Source: Albugo candida (Eukaryota). Taken from it: DNA of 64,000 nt. Location: NCBI GenBank assembly GCA_040437565.1, contig JBDOQK010000056.1, positions 62,001 through 126,000 of the forward strand. Direction: 5' to 3'. The notes beneath the pieces were generated by a model, which saw nothing but the letters and a program-made list of their open reading frames with translations, was not told where the DNA came from and ran no database searches. The position numbers and the translations under genes are program-made. Shown here in pieces: positions 36,272-49,400 of this stretch (position 1 is the first letter of the stretch; each line of letters begins with the position of its first letter).

Positions 36272-37090
36272 ATGCGGTATAGCAGGGCCAGGTGTGTGGC
36301 TCTAGTTCTCGTTGCATTTGAATGCGTCTTCAACTCAGTATATCAATGCTGGCGAAGGAAAAATTGCTGAATGATTACTTTCTGACGGGCGCAGTTACGG
36401 GCCTGAGCGAGTTCTAAATGTGTTAAGGCGTTCTTGCTGTGGGAGGAGTTGAGAATCCAGCCGAGTCCTAACTAGTTCACCAACACTGCTGGCAGGCACT
36501 TCATCATATACCGAGAGAGAGAGGAATTCTAAGTGACTTTGCCTATGTTTAATCGCGCTGATATCGTCGTGAGGACCAGGAATGTCACCAAGATTATTCT
36601 ACCTAGACTGAGAAGAGCGTATCAGCGGTTGAATGACACGTCACTTGTAAAGTCTTTTGACGTCAATATGATGAAGAAATTGTTCGTGGAGTGCTCGGAA
36701 GCCGTGCTTCGAGACTCACATCAGCACCTCCATCCTTTTGTGCGTGAAATTAGAACAATTGTTTTACCGATGACGTGCGCTTCATTATTCATCGTTGATT
36801 ATCAACGTATAGAATACCGAGAGGACCACTATTACCTCATGAGACGTCATGCAGCGCAGTGAAGAGCAGGACGAACTAAAGGATGAGCACATATACGTTA
36901 CAAATACCTTGCGAATTAAGTCAAAATGCTTAGAAAAAATGGGTCTGCCTGTTCTCAGTTGTGCAGATTTTCAGAAACCCAATAGTTTTCAAGTATCGAC
37001 CGTTGAATCACGCCTTATCGGTGTAGAAGCGGTAGCAGGTGATTCGTTCTTGTCTTCAATCATAATGAAGTCCAATGAATGGATATAGGC
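36272..37090 (+). pseudogene. Possible decayed secreted (CCG-like) protein gene
   Basis: Signal-peptide-like MRYSRARCVALVLVAFECVFNSVYQC, then a frameshifted MC*GVLAVGGVE resembling a broken CxxCLxxxG motif, with fragmented downstream ORFs. Confidence 0.3.
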
Positions 37091-37330
37091 TCAGCTACAG
37101 CTAGGATGTTGAAGGCGAGCAAGATCAGGATGGAAAAAGTCGCCTTCCCGCAAAAGCATTAGCATTGGGGGTTCGCAATGGAGGATGGAGTACATCTTCA
37201 AACAGAGGATAGTAGTGTGGACCACGTTCCTGTAATGTACCATGATTATTATCAACCGAGAAGTCGGAATAGTACCATTCTTATGAGTAGAGTTATATGT
37301 TGTTCACTCAGGAGCCTACTTGAATAAACT

Positions 37331-39642
37331 TCATATTGTTACCACGAACAATCGTGTTCCTTCGACCTCCTTCTTTGCCCATTCTTCCTCCAGCACTTTG
37401 ATCCTATTCATCACCTTCTGTGACAGCTTTTCCTGTGTTTCACCTCTCTTCTTGCTTGTTTTTGCACCAAATTTGTCATGCTCTTCGAGGATATACTGCT
37501 CCAGTTCACTTGATTCATAAAGTTGAGCCTTCATCTTTGGACTATCCTGATGAGGCGAAGACTTCAACGGGGCGACTCAGGGAGTTTTACCACTGCATCG
37601 TCCCTTCTCTGAGAAATCACCGGCTCGTTCTCTTCCTCTTTTTCGTACATCATCTTCGTTGGAGTCGTACATTCTCGTGTCAGACTGCAATCGTCAAGTG
37701 TATTTTAGAGCTCAGGGTCATCGGACCCCACGGTAGATATGCCTTTGGTTTGACAAGCGGGTGAGTCTGTTTGGTCTTTTCGGTGAAGAAGCTTTCGACT
37801 TGTGCGATACAAAATCGCTGAGTAAATAGCGACAAGTAAAGTCTCTCAAAAAAGCCCTTACTTGTGGGATACGAGATTCAAAACGCCACATTCTTCCGTG
37901 TACGCTGCAATATCGAGATATCCGACCACTTTTTGGCCATTTGATCCCATTGCATTGTTCACAATTGGAAGGTTCAAATGGCAGCTTCTGGAAGCGCGCA
38001 TCGATTTCCCGGCGTTCGATTTTCATTGATAATTTCTCATTGATGTTATTCTGCATCCTAGTGTGACACAAATGTCGAGACACAACAACAAAACTTTTTC
38101 GCGAAAAACAGATACTTCCGCAAGAACACAGCTTCTCCAATCAGTTTCTTGGACTCGAATTCATCCCTAAAAGGAACCAGTAACCAAGGAATCTAGCGCA
38201 GTATACTAAACCATTCGAGTCCTTTGATGCTCTGCGACCAAAAATCGTGACGTGTAAGTATTATTTCATCCTTTCCAGCAGAGTCGCTTCCGATGTGGTA
38301 ATGGTGTACTTGCAATAGGTGTTTGGTAGTATGATCTTCTTTGGTGATATTTGCCTGGTATTTGTGTCTCCCCCCGGACTGATCGCATAACCTCTGAGTG
38401 AGCAAAAACGAGGTACAGATGGAGCGGAAGTCCTTACCTTTGATCATTTCAGTAAAGGATTCCCTATCTCGAATATGATGGAGGACGATGGATCCGGAAC
38501 CAGCTGGACTGCTTCAAAAGCAATCATCATGTTGCTTCTTTCTTGACTTTTCTCATCAATGAAATCAAATGCATCCTCCTGCTCCTTTCTACCATAATTT
38601 CTGCCGGTCTCTCAAGGTTATAGGATTGCAGAAAGCAAGAGAGTTCGCGGAACATGTATCAGTACGTAGGAAACGTGTTCAAGGCGACTGCTCCTTCTTT
38701 TGATCGCGTTATGGGTGAAAGCGTATCCAAAGTCGGTACCGTCAACAACGCAATATTTCCAATTCTCTCGCCATATTCAATTTTTCAAAAAAAACTGGAG
38801 TTCAAGCAAGACGATAAATGGCATCAAGATGCTCGTGAATGATCAGAATTTGAGAAACGGGAAGAAGAGGCCAATGGAAGGCCAGTAGACGCTTTGAAGC
38901 CTTTAAGCCAAAACAATGCGCACAAGTTGTATGCGCTCCATCGGATCGTCGCAAGCTGAAAGCCAGTCACCAGATTCCGATGCAGCTAGACGTGAACGAC
39001 GTGATCAAGAACAAGCTCTGAAGCGCCAGATCGATGAAGAAAGTCGTCAGCGGGAGGGGAGGAGGACTGCTTCGGCAGCTGCAACTGCCGATGGATCAAA
39101 GTATCATGAACCTTGATAGAAGACATTCGCAATCCGGTACTGAATGGTACATGGTACCAAGCAACGGAAATAGACATACACATTGTCAGAGACTTCATGG
39201 ATTTTGTAATGGAAATGGCGTGGACAGTATTTAAATCGTTTTGGCTCGAAACACTCGCTAACGTCATCTTCCATTTAGAGCTTCTGACAGAATTACCCAT
39301 GATATATCGATGTCGCTGAGAACAGTCGAGTCAACTGGGGTGGAGTTGGCTGAATCGGAGCTTTATTGAATCGACGTGTTCCTGGTACTTCAGCACAAGG
39401 GTCGTACATCGATTCGTGGTACATGACGCATGAAACGTTACGACATCCAACATGCACTGACGTTCTTCGTAGACCGACTCGTTCTTCGTCACGAGAAAGT
39501 ATAGAACAAAAGAATAGAATGAAAGGCGACCTGTACCGAATAGACTCAAGCCCGTGGATTGAAGTACGCACAAGTTGCACTTCTGCAAATAGACTGCGGC
39601 TAATTATGTAAATATAATCCATGCATTTATTCTTTGTGTCAT
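37331..39642 (-). pseudogene. CCG (CHxC) effector-like pseudogene, copy A
   Basis: ATG 39642 gives MTQRINAWIIFT*LAAVYLQKCNLCVLQSTG (CxxCxxxxxG at 39550-39579), followed by a run of broken same-strand ORFs. The 3' extent is uncertain. Confidence 0.45.
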
Positions 39643-42190
39643 TCTAACCTTGTAACTTAACTACAATTATTTCACTCCCATTACATCTCTACATACTATA
39701 CACTAATACAACATTCCATCTACAAAAGCACTCGCATGTGCAGGCCGCCACCAATTTATGAATACACGGTACAGCGCGTCGCCACATCATCTAAAAATAG
39801 CGGCGCCAATGTCCAAATGCATCAGNNNNNNNNNNNNNNNNNNNNNNNNNNNNNNNNNNNNNNNNNNNNNNNNNNNNNNNNNNNNNNNNNNNNNNNNNNN
39901 NNNNNNNNNNNNNNNNNNNNNNNNNAAATGCGGAACTGACGTACGAAAATGAGCGTGTGAAGAACGGAATTGCGGAACTGACGGACGAAAATGAGCGTGT
40001 GAAGGACGGAATTGCGGAACTGACGGACGAAAATGAGCGGGTGAAGAACGGAAATGCGGAAATGAAGGACGAAAATGAGCGGGTGAAGAACGGAATTGCA
40101 GAACTGAAGGACGAAAATGAGCGGGTGAAGAACGGAAACGCGGAACTGACGGACGAAAATGAGCGGGTGAGGATCGAAATTACGGAACTGGAGGACGAAA
40201 ATGAGCGGGTGAAGAACGAAATTGCGGAACTGACGGACGAAAATGAGCGGGTGAGGATCGAAATTACGGAACTGGAGGACGAAAATGAGCGGGTGAAGAA
40301 CGGAATTGCGGAACTGACGGACGAAAATGAGCGGGTGAGGATCGAAATTACGGAACTGGAGGACGAAAANNNNNNNNNNNNNNNNNNNNNNNNNNNNNNN
40401 NNNNNNNNNNNNNNNNNNNNNNNNNNNNNNNNNNNNNNNNNNNNNNNNNNNNNNNNNNNNNNNNNNNNNTGAAAAATGAAGCTGAAAGATTGTCAGTGTA
40501 TCAAGTAGCTGTTCAGTCGCAACTGAGTCAAGTGTCAACACATAATTGTAATTAATATAAGTGATTTTGCTAAATTGGTAGTCTTGAAGTCATCCTTGCA
40601 GACTCCTCGCGTTTGTACCTTTTCTTTCGTATACAGCCTTCAAGATACGGTATATTGCGCTCGTAGCCATTACATGGAACGATCCTTTCATATTTGAATT
40701 TATCGGACGTTATGATCATCTCTTCTGGAAGGGAAAGGGCTACAACGTTTGAACACCTCAATATATATATTCAAAGAAATATCGAACATGGCACTAGTAC
40801 AGGATACTTCCATACAGACAAAGAATGCATTGAAAAGTGCTGTCAATGTATCTTTCCAGCAACCGATCCATGAGCGCGGACCTTACGAATTCAACCCGCC
40901 GGACTTTGGCAGCTTTTGTGTCTCTACCGAAATGTGCGAGGTAAGACGCATCACCTGGATCGCTTGATAGCGCTAAATTATGTCTTCAGCCAGGACTGGA
41001 CCTATGCTTGCAAAGATAAGTGATATACCTACTCCGTCCGTTTCGCACCGACAATGGTCTTGAAATCCAGAGTTATTCTTCAAACTGTGAGTGCTTTCTG
41101 TTCTCGCCGCATTGGTACTGATGTTGTCTGTAGGTCACAAAAACAATAGAAGGCATCGGTAGATAACACTTTCTTGCGCGGTGACTGGAAGGTATATATG
41201 TCCTCATACAACAATGCGTTTGTGTCTAGCTTCTTGTTGCTGTTTGAGATCGTCGTTGCTGGACCTTTGTCCATTCACGATAATTGGCTACGGCTTCTCC
41301 TCTACTTTTTATTGTGATTGTACTGTCGCAATTCCGTCCAAGAAGGTTTGATGAATCATGAACTAGTTTGCGTGGTGATCTGCTCGTCTTGTGTACACTG
41401 AGCGAGAAATCAAAACAAGACTCGGATGGAGAAGACTCACGACTGATGTAGGCCCGCATCGGATGCCCAATNNNNNNNNNNNNNNNNNNNNNNNNNNNNN
41501 NNNNNNNNNNNNNNNNNNNNNNNNNNNNNNNNNNNNNNNNNNNNNNNNNNNNNNNNNNNNNNNNNNNNNNNGGCTACGGCTTCTCCTCTACTTTTTATTG
41601 TGATTGTACTGTCGCAATTCCGTCCAAGAAGGTTTGATGAATCATGAACTAGTTTGCGTGGTGATCTGCTCGTCTTGTGTACACTGAGCGAGAAATCAAA
41701 ACAAGACTCGGATGGAGAAGACTCACGACTGATGTAGGCCCGCATCGGATGCCCAATTTGAATGAAAACTTACGCGCGGCCCAAGACGTTTTACCTTGGA
41801 CCAAGCGATGTGAAATTGAACTGGAAGTGCGTGTTAGGACACAACATTCGTTAAAATGATGTGGTGAGTCGAGGTGTCAATATCATGATAGAGACTGAGT
41901 GCCAATCACATCGAGAATCGTCGTCAGCGCTTTCCAATACAATTGGATTCAAACACTCTCCCCAGATCGACAATTTGGGTAAGAAGAAAGCCTTAGGATT
42001 CATGCATGGAATGAGGCAAAGATTGTCACTGTATTGCGCAGCCTTGCAGATGTGTCGGAAATCGACGAAGATTTAGGTCTGAAGATTATTCATATAATAT
42101 TAAAAGACGCAATATTTATTCTTTCTTATTACCCATCTCTCGGTAAATAATTGAACTTTTGTGTGAATGCTTCCGAGCCGAACTAAAGCC
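39640..42190 (+). repeat. Dispersed paralogous segment, copy 2; degenerate multi-exon gene with coiled-coil repeat
   Basis: Ends match 23022-24651 in inverted orientation. Internal GT-AG introns and in-frame stops occur at 40750-41860. Contains three N gaps. Confidence 0.7.
39926..40369 (+). repeat. 42-bp minisatellite (about 10.5 visible units) encoding KNGIAELTDENERV double heptads
   Basis: Unit GAAAATGAGCGGGTGAAGAACGGAATTGCGGAACTGACGGAC. It is bounded by gaps, so the true copy number is unknown. Confidence 0.95.
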
Positions 42191-42438
42191 GTGTCCTCTA
42201 TCAAATTGCGTGACCTGGAGAAAATTGAACAGTAGCATGCAGCCAACTAGAAATGGGAAACAGGAAGAAGTAAGCCTTCATACTCTCCTTATATTATAGA
42301 ATCCTGAAACACGATAAAGCACCTTAAACAATTCCCAATGTTCTGACCGACAATCGCGTAAGAATGGTCCTTATGATTGAATTGGAGCGATCCTTATCTC
42401 GCGGCAGGAGAGACCGCAAGCGGATTTTCCTTGGCATG

Positions 42439-42471
42439 TTTAGGGTCTAGGGTTTAGGGTTTAGGGTTTAG
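42439..42471 (+). repeat. Interstitial telomere-like repeat (TTTAGGG)n
   Basis: TTTAGGG TCTAGGG TTTAGGG TTTAGGG TTTAG. Confidence 0.85.
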
Positions 42472-42503
42472 ATACGTTTTCCGATAAGCGTTTTTGACCC
42501 AAG

Positions 42504-43260
42504 TCACCATATCCTCGTTCGAACTCTCCACATCCTCATCGTTGGGCTCAAAACTAGCCATTCGTCTCTGTCGATAAGTCTTGTTTTGAAGAACTGAGAA
42601 GTGGGAAGAGTTTCGAATGATTCCGAAAAGCATACGAGTCCCTCGCCTCCGGTTTTAAAGTCCAATGGCAAAATTTGGACGCGCGTAAATCCATCCATCC
42701 AATCTCATTCGGTCGAAAACGAGGATCTCGAGCATAAGCGGTGACGGCAAAACGGCACCTTTTCCGACTGAAAACGTTGCAGGAATGCTCTGACACTCTC
42801 GGCCGCAAAACGGATTCGGCAAATCACCATTCTGGAGCCGTCGATTGCGATGCAAACACCTAGCAGCTCATGTGGCCATTTTAGTGCGAGGTGCGGAGAC
42901 TGGAAGCTGTAAATTTTAGCTGCGTTGCTCCTCGTATTGCGATCAAGCGCAAGCTCTTTTCGATACCTTAAAAACGTTTTCACCGAAACACTTTCATACC
43001 CCGTTTTCTGTGCTATACAATTGAAGCGGGACCTTTGTAAGTCGGTACATTCCAACCCATGTCGGGCGCCGTATTTGACGATGACGTTGAAAGTAAGGCT
43101 GCTCGTCATAAAATGAGCATTTCTTCACCTTGGCGAGTCCATAAATTCGTACAAGCTTCCACGTAGAACTTGTTCTTCTTAAACCCACAAGAGCCACATA
43201 ACCGTACAGAACCGGTATGTATGTGCACATACTTTACGCATGTAAGGAAGTGACAAGCCA
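42504..43260 (-). mobile_element. Degenerate BED-finger/hAT-like DNA transposase relic
   Basis: LCGSCGFKKNKFYVEACTNLW (BED-like CxxC...TNL), SVSVKTFLRY, CIAIDGS and AAESVRAFL resemble oomycete hAT-like proteins. Stops and frameshifts are present, and no TIR was identified. Confidence 0.45.
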
Positions 43261-44089
43261 CAAACAATGAGACTGAATGGCATTTTGCAATGCGCAATCT
43301 TCCAGTGGAGCGTTGCCCGTACTCATCCGGTCCTTCATTGGTATTCGATGCATTCCAAAGCTTTGCCGGTAGAAGTGTATGAACTGAGTGATTCCGAGAT
43401 TTCGTCTAGCTTTGCTCCGTTAATAACGCGGTCGTATACCTCCGCAACTATCTCTTTGAATGGCTGAAAAGCCTCGCGCATTTAAACTTCTGATAGCTGC
43501 ATCTTGCAGGAATGCTGGGCGGTATCAATTCACCGATCTTTTTGTACTGTACAGTACTGAGATCGTCGAAATTAAGCCCCAAAGCAATTCTCCGACGCAC
43601 TCTCTCTACGAGTACGGAATCCAATGCATTCCACGGACACTACGGACTCTATTGATAACGGGAGAGGTCTCAACGTGTGAGTCGACTCACATATTTATTC
43701 GCCAGTGTGAGCTAATTCCATACCATAACTTCGTACTTATGAAACTCAAGCGACCTTCTTGCCTCTTTGGTTGAATTGAATATCAATGACCTCTAATAAT
43801 TGCAACAAACCAGTTGACAGAATACGCATGAGCACACCTCTATGTATCTCATAATATGATGATATTGCGTTTACATTGTGACACATATTCCTCAATTTCG
43901 AGATTAGTCAGTAGTGCGGGCTCCCTGTTGGAAAGGTTAATGAGACAAATCTCATTCTTTTTGTGGAATCGTGAAATATTACGTGATAATCCAAGATCCG
44001 AACTATGAGAACAACCTATCAGGTGCGTATCGAATCTATGTTGTATGCTGTTTCAGGAGCAAATCAACTAGGGCCTCTGTTGCGTTTTG

Positions 44090-44966
44090 GCCTAAATCAA
44101 TAAATTATGAGCTCGCATGTGTGTGATTGTAGCCAGCTCCGTGTGCGCATCGTATTGTATGCCTTCCCACGGCCACAAAGACGCCAACATCCCTTGCCGC
44201 TGTATCATCCAATTTGTTCCCGAGCCGTTCACATTTGACGTAATGGATCGACTTGTACATGGTTGCGTTCGAACATTACGCGGAGAAGACACATTCCTTC
44301 TCCTCTTCGATGAAGCACACGATTTCCCAGCGTATCATCAACATTTTTTTCCAGATACCGGTTTCCGTACCTATGCACAACGTCCGTAATGCTGTCAATC
44401 TCTTTCTTCGACATTCCTGAATATGCATCAAGACAGCCATGATATCAGTATCGTTCTGAACCATCTTTCGATATTAAGCGTCTACGGTCCTTCCATTTGG
44501 TCTCTTCTTCACGTTAGTATTGGAATGACAATGGCGTGGACAGTATTTGAATGGTTTGGCTCGAAATCCCGCTGGCCTTTAGCATGTTCATCTTCCTTTG
44601 AAGCCTCTGACAAAATTACCCTTGCTACTGTCGATGTCGCTCAGTACAGTCGAGTCGACTGGGGTGGAGTTGGCTGAATCGGAGCTTCATTGAATCGACG
44701 TGTTCCTGGTACTTCAGCACAAGAGTCGTACATCGATTCGTGGTACATGACGCATGAATCGTCACGGCATTCAACATGCACTGACGTTCTTCGTGGACCG
44801 ACTCGTTCTTCGTCACGAGAAAGTATAGAAAAAAAGAATAGAATGAAAGGCGACCTGTACCGAATAGACTCAAGCCCGTGGATTGAAGTACGCACAAGTT
44901 GCATTTGTGCAAATAGACTGCGGCTAATTATGTAAATATATTCCATGCATTTATTCCTTGTGTCAT
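44090..44966 (-). pseudogene. CCG (CHxC) effector-like pseudogene, copy B
   Basis: About 44530-44967 is a diverged direct copy of about 39210-39643, with MTQGINAWNIFT*LAAVYLHKCNLCVLQSTG. Downstream YHGCLDAYSG (44415-44444) is one base change from CHGCLDAYSG. Confidence 0.5.
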
Positions 44967-45007
44967 TAACTAGCTGCAATCAGGATGTGGCAACACTATT
45001 TCCGGCC

Positions 45008-46404
45008 ATGTTTCCTCTTCGAATTATCCGCAAAGTTGCAGCGCAATCGCACACTTCGATCCGTGCGTTCTCGTTAGAACCGACGCGCTCAGATCTCAAG
45101 TCTTTACACAATAAAAACTTTCTATCTATTTCTCAACTTTCGTACGAATTATCGCCACAATTCATTTCAGACTCGCGCAAAATCACTAATCATATATTTA
45201 CCAGTCAAAAAGAGCTGTTAGCACTTTTATCCAAAGCACAGGAGCTCAAGAACCTGTATGGACACCCAATCAATAAAAAGAATGCGTCAAAACCACTCGA
45301 AAATGACATCTGCTCCATGATTTTCCAAAAACGAAGCACACGCACACGGTGAGCGCTTATATCTCAGCAACACGTCTGATGTATACTTAATCGTATGGCC
45401 CCGTTAGCATTTCGAGCGAAATTGGAATGCATTTACTTGGCGGAAAAGCTCTTTTTCTGTCTTCTGATGACATACAACTCGGCGTGAATGAGACGCTCAA
45501 GGTAATGTCGAATGGTGCCGGGCAAGCTGGCTCTTACTTGAATGGATTAGGACACCGCATTGGTTCTCTCTCGCTTCAGTGATGTCATATTGGCACGCGT
45601 AAATAGTGATCAAGATATCAGGAAGCTGGCTACACACGCCACTGTGCCGGTCATCAATGCATTGTCAGACAAATTCCATCCTCTACAAGCGTTAGCTGAT
45701 TACATGACGATCTCGGTATGGGCTATATTGGAAGTTTGATAGCAATACTAACGATTTTTAGCAACATTTTGGACGAGTGGATGGACTCACAATCGCCTGG
45801 ATCGGTGACGGGAATAATGTGCTGCATGATTATATGATCGCGGCTGCCAAGCTAGGTACGACATATTCACGAGGAATGCACAAGTTGATCGTATCACTTA
45901 GGCGCCAACGTACAAATTGCGACACCAAAGGGATATGAACCTGCAGCGGATATCATCGAAGAAACCCAACAACTCGCAAAGGTTGGACTAAAGAAATTTG
46001 TTGATTCATACTAAGCCGTCATTGCACTCAGCATGCCAGCACTCGCGTATTACTTACTCATCAACCTGAAGAAGCTGTCCAGGGAGCACATGTGATTGCG
46101 ACTGACACATGGATCAGGTCGGTCCTATTGGCGCTTACCACTGCTAAATTAACGATTTTGCAATAGTATGGGACAAGAAACGGAATCGAAAAAGCGTGTC
46201 AAGGACTTTGCCGGCTATCAAGTGAGCGACGAGATGCTGCAAGGAGCTGCTCAGAACCACATTTTTCTGCATTGTCTTCCACGGCATTCCGAAGAAGTCA
46301 CCGATGATGTTTTCTATTCCAAGCGATCGCTTGTTTTCGATGAGGCAGAAAATCGTCTGTGGACGGTCATGGCGGTGTATGCATCCCTTTTGGGGAAAGC
46401 GTGA
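45008..46404 (+). CDS. OTC: Ornithine carbamoyltransferase, mitochondrial (multi-exon)
   Basis: [60 protein letters not shown] and EAENRLWT motifs across short introns. Confidence 0.96.
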
Positions 46405-46419
46405 GCCTTAATCATTCAA

Positions 46420-49400
46420 TTATAAAGAGGATACGATATTTTCCAATTCTGCCAACCCTTTCTCGATACGCACGCATTTGCCAGAGAGTGAAGCACTAGT
46501 GGTCACCTTGCGCTTCTTTGTCGGAGTCTTCTTTCTCGGCGTGCTTCTCTTCGCCTTACTAGGAGTCATTTGATCCTCAGCTGGTGGTCTAGTTACTCCG
46601 GTTTCACTGAACCTTTCATCAGGCAGCAACATCAGCGTAGAAGCCTCAAGAATTTGTTGTTCCTCGAGCTTGTCGACCTGATCGCCGGTTGCGGGAGGAA
46701 TGCTCAACAGACGACGAATAAATGGCTCGAGCTCTATGGACATGAGCATTGTCTGGATATTGCCGATCATGTACAGGCCAAGTCGCGCACGAGAAAACAA
46801 ACACGTCGCACGGCATCGATCGACAGACCACTCAGTTGTTCGTACCATGGAAACCAAGACGAAATCGTTTTGTTGGCTCTGATAATCGTCAATCGTCGAG
46901 ATTACACTTTTTGGACGCACTTGATCCGAGTTGATATGATCGCACCAAGCCTCCACGACGTATCGTGTCATCAATTCGCGTTGAGCTCGGTATGGTGTCA
47001 GAATCGTGATGATTTCGGCGGGATAGCCAATTTTCCACATATATTTGACAAGTGCTGTCAGGAAGAGAGCTTCTGCTTCATTCACATACGACTGCGAGGA
47101 GATTCGTGTTTCAGTTCCTTCTGGAAGATGGATGAATTGAGCTACATGCGTGAAGCCAGGGTTCTCGAGCTGAAAGCGTTTGTTACACTGAGCAATTGTA
47201 TGGTCCTCCAGCGCTAAACCACCAAAGATAGCGGTCTCCGCATACCGCCAGCGATACAAGTCAACAATCCGTTGGCGGCTGGTTACCTGTTCCATCAGCG
47301 GAATGGGAACAGCACCAAGCCGGATCATTCTCATGAAAAAGCTCTGATTGAAATTCCCATACGCTTGGAGCAGCGGATGATGGAGGATGGGAACTTTCTG
47401 TATTGGATCGCCAATGAGTATCAAGCGCTTCAAGTGAATGGACTTGGTTGTCGAATGCATCTCACCAAACGCTAATGAGAGTGCAAGCAAGGAATCGAGT
47501 TCATTGATTTGACAAGCTTCGTCCATGATGATCGTGCTGATGCCCAAACCAAGACTACAAAGGTGGAGATAATGGCTGGCGACATGGGCGACATTGACAC
47601 CAATCACTCGAGCATGATGGATCAGATACCAATCTTCACGCTGTTTAGCCGATCGTAAGACTTCGAATGGTTGTAATGCAGCAATCTCACTGAAAATCCA
47701 TTCCCAATGAGCGGCGAATTCTTCCAGCTCGGATTGTGAGGCTGGAGAGCGCTGATGACTTTGCTCGAAGCATGCAGTCAATCGTGAGGTGTCTTGGCTT
47801 TGTTTAAGTTGGAGAAGCGGCTGGACGTGAAACTGGTAAAAGTACATGGCGTTCTCACACGAATACGACGCTGATGCTGCCACTTCCTTCATATCGCCTG
47901 CGTCATTGGTAGCCCACAGCCATTCAATCAGAGAATTGACCTGCTGCAGAAGACTGACACGATGTTCAAGAAGCCAATCCACACGTCCTTTTACATTCGT
48001 TTCGATCTCTGTAGGATCGTCACTTTGTGTCAATTGAACCACTTCTTCAGGCCGCATCCCTTTATCCAAACTCAGCAGTGTATGATGTATATCGAAGAGA
48101 GCCGTGTTCGATTGTGTGAGGATCAGAATCTTTTCGGTTCGTGGGATGGAATGATACAAATTTGAGATCAATTGCGTGGCAATGGTTGTCTTCCCTGTAC
48201 CCGGCGGTCCACTGATGAGCGTCAATCCTTCACCCATTCCGTTGACGATCGCCTTGACTTGATTTGGAGTGTAACAGAGATGCGTTGAGACTTTTGATGC
48301 TTCCTGTTTATGAGCGTAAATGGTGATCTCGCCGTTGAAGAGGTTCTCCGAGTATTTAAATGGCGGATAGGCTTCCTGTGCAGCTGAAATCACTTCCTTG
48401 GACGCCACGTCCTGGAACACGATATTTTTCTCTGCGGTACGGAACGCGTCCATTGCTTCAACTCCATTATTGAGTGTGTGATACAGCGGGAAGTCAATGA
48501 TGCTGAGTCCTTTTTGCTTGGCAATCGCTCGGTAATCAGCCAAAGATGGATGTTCATACCCGAGAAACAGATCGTACAACCACGCTGGTAATGTCCGAGA
48601 CTGATCGACACACAATGCGTGCTCTTCTTCTTCTACCGGATCTTCGATAACAGCCATTCGCGATTGCAAGATCTCAAGAACTTTCTCGTATACCCTTCCG
48701 TCGTGGGATCGAATGAGAAGATTGGCTTGCTCGTAGGCTTCCATTGTCTGTTGTTCCAGGTCTCTTTTGTATTGAACTCCATCGAGGGCGACGACAAGTT
48801 GGCGAACACGACCTTTACCATTTGGATGCTCTGCGGTCAATTCGACGCCTCGTTCATCGTGAATACTGACGAGGCTGCCTCCACGGACGTACAAAATGCC
48901 GTATTCTTCAGGGAACGGAGTATCCGAATAATTTGAGGTGTCCACAGATTTTGACGATGTACTTTCGCCTTGCATGTCGCGAGCCAATTCTTCGACTTCA
49001 TCGTTGGGTGCACGTATGCTGACCAAATACACAACTTCATCGGCTCGAAAGTTGTCGAATTCCTTCAGACTATGTCGATGATCCAATTCAATTTCCAAGC
49101 GAGCGTGAACGCTTGACGGAAATGACTCACCAAGCAACGGTCTGGCGACTTTGACGATTCTCAATGGTGATCTCAGAGCAACTGCGTTGGCCGAAAAGCC
49201 ACGGAATCTCGTGCTGAATGTACTGTCACTTCCTTCTCCATGCTGGAGGGTTCGGATCATGTTAAGGCGAGGAATTGTGGCTTCTAGAAACTGTCGGGAA
49301 TGATGCAAAGCTTCCAGCCGATACAACGCTAAAGCGCGCGATAAGTGATCGCTCACATTCAAGAATTGAAGACCCAATTTCCGTATTGCAGCGACAGGAA

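Noticed and set aside
39293-39622. 109-aa ORF MDYIYIISRS... (and paralogue 44641-44979) as the real gene
   Set aside because: Nearly all differences between the copies are non-synonymous in this frame. The overlapping CCG-motif frame fits better.
39926-40369. CRISPR-like array
   Set aside because: Head-to-tail units with no unique spacers, an open coiled-coil frame and a eukaryotic context.
43676-43691. 16-bp perfect palindrome TGTGAGTCGACTCACA (and a 14-bp one at 43544-43557)
   Set aside because: About one 16-bp palindrome is expected by chance in 64 kb, and there is no supporting context.
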